A DNA stretch of 64,000 bases from the NCBI GenBank assembly GCA_047967505.1, contig CM106538.1. The stretch is one strand, 5' to 3'. Shown here piece after piece: positions 56,301 through 64,000 of the stretch (its first letter is position 1; each line of letters starts with the position of its first letter). This DNA is from Dipteris shenzhenensis. Lineage: Eukaryota. The notes beneath the pieces are model-generated. The model searched no databases. It worked only from the letters and a program-made list of their open reading frames with translations, and was not told the origin of the DNA. The position numbers were made by a program, and so were the translations under genes.

Positions 56301-56712
56301 GGTGCAACTCAAGTGATGCAGGTATGAACTAGGCTAAGCCTAATTTTTAATATTATAAATGCTCATGTACATATACCAATTTTTGAACATTAAAGGCTTA
56401 GCCTAAGCGTATTAACTATAGTAGGAAAAGACAGCTTTATTTTTAGAAAAAGCACGCTATTTTGGAAGTGACGTGGGTATTTCCTAATTCGAGATTGACA
56501 TGAGACTTGTATGATTTTTGCTTGAAAAATCCAATCATAACTCAAATACATATGAGGTGGAAGGAAAGCACCACTCCTTTGGGTGGAGATTGCACCCAAC
56601 ATGCCTTTTTTGTCTCTTTTGTGTATGAGTTTTGAAAGTCCATGCATATTTTCATAGAGCGGTTGTGGTGCTTTTGAGGATTTGTAGGTTCCGTGATGAG
56701 CATTTCCAATCA
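51600..56712 (+). mobile_element. chromovirus-like Ty3/Gypsy element, degenerate, with both LTRs partly preserved
   Basis: 5' LTR ~51600-52342; Zn knuckle CYNCKEKGHYSYEC; protease VLFDDGSTHDFIS; RT ..KNGTF*MCINDCALNKITVKNRYPIPR; RNase H TNASRQGFG..NYSTHEKELAVVVHAL; integrase HQPPYIGHRG, SMDFITGFP; purine tract then 3' LTR TGTTATG..ATCA 55848-56712; (CT)24(AT)n tract at 53283-53354. Confidence 0.85.
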
Positions 56713-57199
56713 TAATGCTTCTCATGCTGATAGCGTGCTCGCCACTATTCCTCAATGTCGCTGGCATTGGACTTCTCACATCCTCATCATGATGTGGATT
56801 TTTAACATTTTGTAAGGGTATAAGGTCAAACCCTAACCCTAACCCTACACGGTTCATCTATATAATATAGTCATGTTTATATCGTGTACAGTTACCTATC
56901 TTGTAGTGTATAGTATATAGTTACCTATCTTCTAGTGTATAGTATATAGTTACCTATCTTGTGCACTCCACTCTGTCCTCCAAGTCCTCTAACAATAATA
57001 ATGAAATTGCTAGGCTAACTTTTATGATATAGGTGCCTGAATTGTGTTCACATGTTGTAGTTGTTCCTAATAAGAGACCAATAGCAGTAAGACTCTACAC
57101 TAGCTCAACACAGTTGTAGTGCTTTGATTCTTACCATCTTCCTTTCATTGATCGTATTTTCACTCAAATATTATGAAAAGAATTGTATAATTTCATGGA

Positions 57200-59298
57200 T
57201 TGTTTCATTACATAGTGGTAGCACCCAACAACAAATTTAAAACCACATTTGTTTCAATGCCTAGAGTTTTTGAGAGCCATGTGTTGCATTATGATTTATG
57301 CAACGTGCTAGGGACTTATCAAATGTTTATGAATGATTCATTCCATGACATTTTTTGAGTCTTTTTCCAGATGACCCTTAAGATCTTCATGGTATCTTAC
57401 TCTAGGAGTGACACCCTCAAGCCATATTGAGGGATTAAAAGGGTATTTGTGTAAACTTCCAAAAACATTCAATTGACCTTAATCCCAAAAGTTGTATGTT
57501 TGGATCCCTTATGGTGTGTTTTTATTAGTCATACGGGATTGTAGTTGACCCAAAACAAGCTAAGAAGATAAGGAAGCTAGCTGCTCGACATAGTATCCTT
57601 GAATTGTCAAAAGTTTTTTTGGAAGGCATAAAACATTATAGCTGTTTATCAAATATTATATTACCCCTTACTTGATTACTAAAGAGAAAAAAAGAGTTCG
57701 GTTAGGGAAAGAACATGGATAAAGATTTTGGGGAACTCAAATTGATGTTGGAGAAAGATATGATAAAGGCTTGACTAGACTACAATAGGTATTCTTTTGT
57801 AGTCATAACATCAAGGCCATAGACAATCACGGGCTATTTATCCTAGTGTCATGGTCTAAAAATATATCACCCCATTGTTTTCTACAGTGATTCATTATAT
57901 ATTAAAGTCAAAAAACATATTTTTTGTTGAAGGTGACGCTCATTGAACAAGTTGAAGCCTCTCAATATGTTGATGAAGTGAATAGTTATCTTGGAGGAAT
58001 TTAATCATGAACTTTGAACTAAACGCCCCAAGTTAGTTTCAGTATTGGAATGTTGGGTAACAAGTGTGATCCCATAATCAAGGGATATGAGGAGCCAAAG
58101 GTTTCCAAGTTTGGTTGGGGAAGGATGTATTTAGGATTAATACAGTTTCACACTAATATTTGACAATCACTTAGTACCTTTGAATCAGGGAGATTCAATG
58201 GGGATACGATCACAATCAGGGAAATTCAATGGGGATACGATCACTTAGTACCTTTGAATCAAGGAAATTTGATGGGGATATGATCATAGTCAAAAGCACA
58301 AGCTAGTGATATAGGCGTAGAGATTTAGTATCATAGTGGGCATGATTTATAGAAAGACCCCCAAGGGAGTGTACCATTGATGTGTGATAGCAATTGAAAT
58401 CCCTTTAACTCTATAAGAGCTTCATAAGGGAGAATTTTTTGGGCAGATAACAACCCAAAAAATTCCTTTTGACTAGTATTGGTGGTGCACTCTAGTAAAG
58501 GATTTCCATGAGTATGTTAAAACCTACAATGCTTGTCAAAGAGCAAAGCACGTTAGTTATCAAAATGAACTGGTTACTCCAATATTGATCCTAGTCCCCT
58601 TCAAGAAACGGGGAATAGACTTTGTTGGGTCAATTGTTTTGGAGCCTTCATTAGAAACAAAGTATATCTTGGTAGCTATTGATTATTTTACAAAATGGTT
58701 AGAAGCAATGGCCACTACCAAAAATGATGTAGCTGTAGCCAAATATTTTGTTGATTGAATAATGTCTCAATTTGTTGGACCAAGGGAAATAGTCACAGAT
58801 CAAACGAGGAGCACAATTCATGAATGCATTAATCAATAGAATTGCTGAGAGACTCTCCATTGTGCATCGATATATTATGCTATATAAGAGAGTACCGGCA
58901 AAGTTTTATGTTCCACACTCAAGGAAAAATCAATGCTGGATGATGAAATTCAGACAATAAAATTCATAGGTAGTTTGGGCATGCAATTTATCGCATAACG
59001 ATATAAACCATATTTCCTTGTTATGATACAAAGTGTATTCAACCATAGAAATAGAGATTCGAGCTCTCTAAGCAACATTGGAACACAATTTAGGGAAACA
59101 TAAAGCCATCAAACAATAGTTTTTGTAGATCTCCTCATTGAATGAACGTAGAGAAAGGGATTATTTGAATGCTCTTTTAAAAAAGAAACAACAAAGGTGA
59201 TAGCATGACAAGGGAACCTTGGATTTCATATTAAGAGAGAATGATTTGGTCCAACTATTTGATTCAAGGTAAAAACTATTTCTATATATGTTTCAATG
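57200..59298 (+). mobile_element. heavily decayed Gypsy pol fragment (RT, RNase H, integrase)
   Basis: PFKKRGIDFVGSI..KYILVAIDYFTKWLEAMAT (58595-58720); WWCTLVKDFHEYVKTYNACQR; cut at 59298 by an LTR insertion. Confidence 0.7.
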
Positions 59299-59887
59299 TG
59301 TTATGATAAAGGAATTATCCCATTAATTTTATCCTTTAGTACTTAGTTGAGCAGGGTCCAACATTTTTGTTGCATAACTGATGCATGTGTGCTCCTACAT
59401 GGCTACATGATGGCTACGACTGTATGAAGTGGTGGCATTGTGTGCACCATTTATGCGATCATAGTATGTGTACCATTTGTGCACCATCCGTGCAATTTTA
59501 TGTATATGTGCCATGTGTGTACCATCCATCTTCAATTTTTGAACATTAGAGTCTTAGCCTAAGTGTATTTTAGCTATAGTAGGAAAAGATAGCTTTATTT
59601 TTAGAAAAAACAAGCTATTTTGGAAGGGACTTGTGGGGCTTTTTCCCAATTTGAGATGTACATGAAGCTTGTATGATTTTTTCTCAGAAGATATTCAATC
59701 ATAACTCAAATACATAGGAGGTGAAAGGAGAGCACCATTCCTATGGGAGGAGATTGCACCTAGCATGCTTGTTTTCTCTCTTCTTTTTGTGAGTTTTAAA
59801 AGTCTGTGCATATTTTTGTATACTGGTTGTTGTGTATTCGACAATTTGTAGGTTCCACAAGCATTTCCTACCATAGTGGCATCAGAG
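59299..59887 (+). mobile_element. internally deleted 5' LTR (575 bp) of the 48-57 kb Gypsy family with tRNA-Met PBS
   Basis: TGTTATG..TACCA 59299-59873 homologous to 55848-56712; followed by TGGCATCAGAG (59877-59887). Confidence 0.8.
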
Positions 59888-61408
59888 GAAGGATTCGTCC
59901 ATCATAGCACAGGAAGCTCACGTTCCTACAGGTGAAGAAGCCTTGCATGCAAGCAACAAACATCAAGACATGCAAGGAACAAGCAAGAAATAAGTCACCT
60001 TAGCCAAGGCTGGGCTAGATCTGGTGCATGTAGAGCAACATGTATTGATGAAGGTGCTAGCTCAAGAAAGTAGATCCATAGCTCTTTTAGCTTACCTCCA
60101 TGCACTGGGTCTATAGATTAGGAAAATGTGCGCGATGTCTTTCTACGCACTTTGACATGGAGAGGCTAAGAAGAAGGGCTAGCTCTTTCTTGGAGGAGGA
60201 GGAAAGCTTCCATTTGTAGGCCTCCCTCAACCTCTAGGTTGATCTAGGGAGAAATCAAGAAATGAAGGAAGGAGGGAGGATGGCTAGGAACATGGCTCTG
60301 GTACTGGATGAAGGAACATAGTGGAGTAGGGAGAGGAGGTATGGTAGAAAGGGAAGAGGCACACAATGATAGCATAGGAAATGGAACTAAAAATGGAAAT
60401 GAATGAAAGAGAAATGGAAATACCAAATGGAAAAGCTCACATTGATAAAGCTTGATGTAGACTCCTTGATGTGACACACAACACAAGTATAATGTTATAT
60501 AGATTGGACACTAGACACTAGAATACCAAAGTGTATACGGGATATCTCCCAATATGACATGTGGAATCCATAAGACACACTAGACTAAAATACACACTTA
60601 AAACCACTCAACTTGACTCCATTTTCTAACAAGCTTATGGCATAAGGCTACCAAGTTTCCTATATCTATTGAGTTTTGGAGGCTACTATTTTGGTTCCTT
60701 GCCGGGAAAGTTCTTGACTTTGAGAAGGTTGTTTGTCACTGGTTCATCATCACGACTCTCCCTTATTCATTATGTGCTTGATGGCTAGCTGAGCCCTCGT
60801 GTTTTGATCTTGCGATTGATATGTTGCTTGCGTCGAATGTTACAATGAATATGCCATGGTGAGAGAGAGAGAGTGAAGATCTAAGAACCATGCCAATAAC
60901 CAATGAGTGACATTGTGTTGAAACATTTAGTCATAAGTTACATATTCAAATTATAAGATGTGAGAATTTCTCAACCATATTGCAGATCTTTCATCATACG
61001 TCCTACAATTTGCTATGAGGAGTGGTGTTGGTGGTATTCTTCTTGCTACTATTCCAACATACCTTCAAATTGTACAGCAAGAACTTTGACCCTCTTCTTT
61101 TCCATAAATTGACTTAGACAAGTCAGTTAATGTCTCTGCTCTTTCTTGTTTCTCCAAGATTATTTTGACTAAGGTTCACTTTGATCAACATGTGGCAAAA
61201 AAATTTGGGCATTCTTTGATTATTGTTGTTATACAGGTCAACCATTGAGCTGATTACTTTATTCAACCTTTTATTTACCATAAGAGAAGGATAGGAAGTA
61301 GTTTTTTTTTAATTCAACCCATATTTTCAGCACAATCTTGAGTTTTGATTGCCATTTGTAAGGGATTAGGCACTACGGGGTGTCCTATAAGCCCCCACAA
61401 GACTTTCC

Positions 61409-61736
61409 ATGGCCAAAGAAGTTATTATGGTTGATAAGTTTAATGGAACCAGGTTCCATACCTAGCAGGTATCAATCCAATACCTCCTTATGTCCAAGGG
61501 AGTGTGGTCTCTAGTGAAGGGATCAAGAAAGATCTGAGATGGGAATGGGAAGACAAAGGGTATGATGAAAAGGTGCAGTCAATCATCACCTTACACCTCA
61601 CCAAAGATCTCATCCATCATGTCTTGGAGCTTACAAAGGCAAAAGAAATGTGGAAGGAACTCGACAAGCTTTATGATGCGAAGGGCATAAATTCCAAACT
61701 TGCACTTAAAATCCAATTTTATGATTTGAGTATGCA
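61409..61736 (+). mobile_element. Ty1/Copia gag N-terminal fragment
   Basis: MAKEVIMVDKFNGTRFHT*QVSIQYLLMSKGVW.., then DEKVQSIITLHLTKDLIHHV..AKEMWKELDKLY..LKIQFYDLSM. Confidence 0.75.
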
Positions 61737-64000
61737 ATGGAATGGACTAGAGCCTTTTGAAGGCCATCAAATGAAGAGCAGACAAAGCGAGGCTCATAAG
61801 ATGCCAGAAGTTAAAAGAGAAGATCAAGGTGCTCGAGGGAGATCACTTTGATTAAGGGCAAGTACAATTAAGGGAATTTAGAGGAAAGCTACGAGAGGAG
61901 GCGGAGATTGAAGCAAATCAAGCTAAAACCTACACAAGAAAGTGGTGGGCAAGGAAAGGAGACAGAGCAAACGAAGAAATGTTCAGAAGCCTCAAGAAAA
62001 AGCACACTAAGGAATCACTAAAGGCCATTTGTAAGGATGACAAAGTGGTTCAAGATCCAGATGAGATTATGGATATAGTGTCAACTCACTTTCAGGGAAT
62101 TCTAGGAGAACCAGAGGTGCTCATAACTGAAAAAATCAGTGCTAAGATCCAGTGTCAACATGTTAGAAGCAAAAAGGTGTTGGGTTTTGACTGTCTTTTC
62201 CTAGATAAAGATATTTCCCTAGAAGAACTAAAGGGGGCCATAGACGTAATGGCAAGAGGAAAGACTCCTGGTGAGGATCTCTCGATTGTTCTACCAAGTT
62301 TTTGGGAAAACGATAGGCATGTATTTGCTGTCACTGTGGCAGAAGTCCTAGGAAAAAGGTTTTTTGGATGCTAGGATAAACACAGGAATGATTAAATTAA
62401 TTCCTAAGGGTGGACCGAAAGATGAGCTCAAAGACTGGAGACTTTTGACCATGTTGAATACTAGCAAAATATTTGCCAAAGCCCTGGCCATTAAGCTCAG
62501 GTTCAAGATGCAGAATTGGATAAGGGAAGAACTGGAAGCCTTTACCTAGAGGAGGCATATCCTTGAGGCTATCCTGACGAAACTTAGCAAGACATATGCT
62601 TTCTCAAAGTTGACTTTGATAAAGCATATGATAGAATGGAATGGGGATTTATTCTGACCTCTTCAAGGGACATGGGGGTGGGCCCCAACTTCATTTTCTT
62701 TGTGGACATCCTCCGAGAGGTAAGATCAAGATAAATGGAACATGCTATTCCCCTTTTCATTGAAAAGATCTATCAAGAAAGGCCACCCCTCTCCTGACTT
62801 TTGTTTGTGATCGCAGTTGATGCTCTTGGATAATTAATTTAGGATGGGTAGGAAAAGGGGAGTATTTAAGGCATCCAAGTGGAACGAGACAGACAGATTA
62901 TTTCTCTCAACAGGAAAAATCAGTGAAAGCACTAGTAGAATGCTTAAATATCTTTTGTCTAGCCTCAAGGTCCAAGATCAACCATGAAAAAATAGGGATT
63001 TTTAGCACCAAGAGCTCACCTCCATAGATACTCTTGAACAAAGGTTGCAAAGTCATAAAGGTTGCTAGGTATTCCCATGGCTTTCAAATGCTTAATGAAG
63101 GACAGATGGGACTAGGTAATTGATAGAGTCAGAGACAAAATCACCAAATGGCAAGGTCTACAACCAACTCTGTCCAGAAGGAAATTTGTTTTGAACCATT
63201 ATATCTACCCATCTATTGTCTACTTTACTTCCTGTTGGTCTCCTACAAAGAAGATCTTGGGTCAGATATATTGTCTTTTCCGTTTCTTCCTCTAAAGAGG
63301 GGAAATGGGATAGCACAAAATAAGCAAAGTGAGATGGCAACTCTACACATTGCCAAAATATGTAGGAGGACTTGGAATAGTGGATGTGGAAAAGTCCTCG
63401 GCTAGATTCATGGCCCCATGGATTTTGAAAGTGGTGTAAGAGCTAGGCTCAACATGGGCCACTCTATTCCACAAAAACATTGGCAGGGTAAGGATTCTTA
63501 GATGTAGGCATTGGACACAGCATCCTTTTGTGGTTCCACTCTTTGGCAAGGAGCCTTGTGTGGCTAAAGGTTCAGAGTTGTGGAAGGGTATGCAAAAGCC
63601 TTAGAAATCACTAAGACCTTTCATCATTTGGAAGGTCTTTTCTAGAAATACTGGCACATTTTGTAGCCAGGATTCAATCTGGTTCCAAGTCATATGGCCA
63701 GACTCTAAAATACGAGATGAGTCACTACAAAGGGCACTACACCTAAACAAGAAAGGAATCAAAGCATGGGGAGATTTGTGGGATTGGGATCAAGGCAAGT
63801 GGCCGAATAGTGAAACGTTGATGGCTAGATATCGACTTAATAGAATTGATATTCTGCATGATCCAAGAAAGTCAAAACCTGTGGTCGAGAGACTCTCTAC
63901 CTAGGATGGGAGATTGCTTGCTTCCATCTCTCAAAGAAATTAGATGGGTGGGGAAATCCCAAATAATTCCTATTCCCATCCTAACGAAAGGTCACGAAGA
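61737..64000 (+). mobile_element. L1-clade LINE ORF2 (reverse transcriptase) remnant, running off the window end
   Basis: ISLEELKGAIDVMARGKTPG, MIKLIPKGG..LKDWRLLTMLN..KIFAKALA, FLKVDFDKAYDRMEW; frameshifts and stops. Confidence 0.85.

Noticed and set aside
56828-56962. (TAACCC)3 as a non-canonical telomere seed, next to a ~29 bp tandem repeat
   Set aside because: Only three units inside TE-derived sequence; too short to support.
60693-60709. tggttccttgccgggaa as a tRNA-Glu-type PBS
   Set aside because: Imperfect match and I could not define an adjacent LTR.

Overview
Nuclear DNA of a land plant. The degenerate TE families and the intron-rich CACTA transposase suggest a large-genome seed-free plant such as a fern, but that assignment is inference. 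One intact host gene is visible: an 8-exon plastid-stromal Hsp70 (cpHsc70, minus strand, 43083-39585, 706 aa after splicing). Almost everything else is nested, decayed transposons: a RAG1/Transib-like transposase remnant, Copia fragments, a structured telomere-repeat-rich element, a CACTA element whose transposase has five introns, and a Sola2-like transposase fragment. A large Gypsy element (10.9-33.1 kb) carries two Copia insertions and a hairpin MITE. Further right are a cluster of chromovirus-like Gypsy copies in both orientations and L1-type LINE remnants. The most unusual signal is in the large Gypsy: its pol frame continues past the integrase GPY/F motif into a second retropepsin-like protease, followed by about 3 kb of unexplained same-sense ORFs. 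All family assignments come from motif recognition by eye, and no searches were run.
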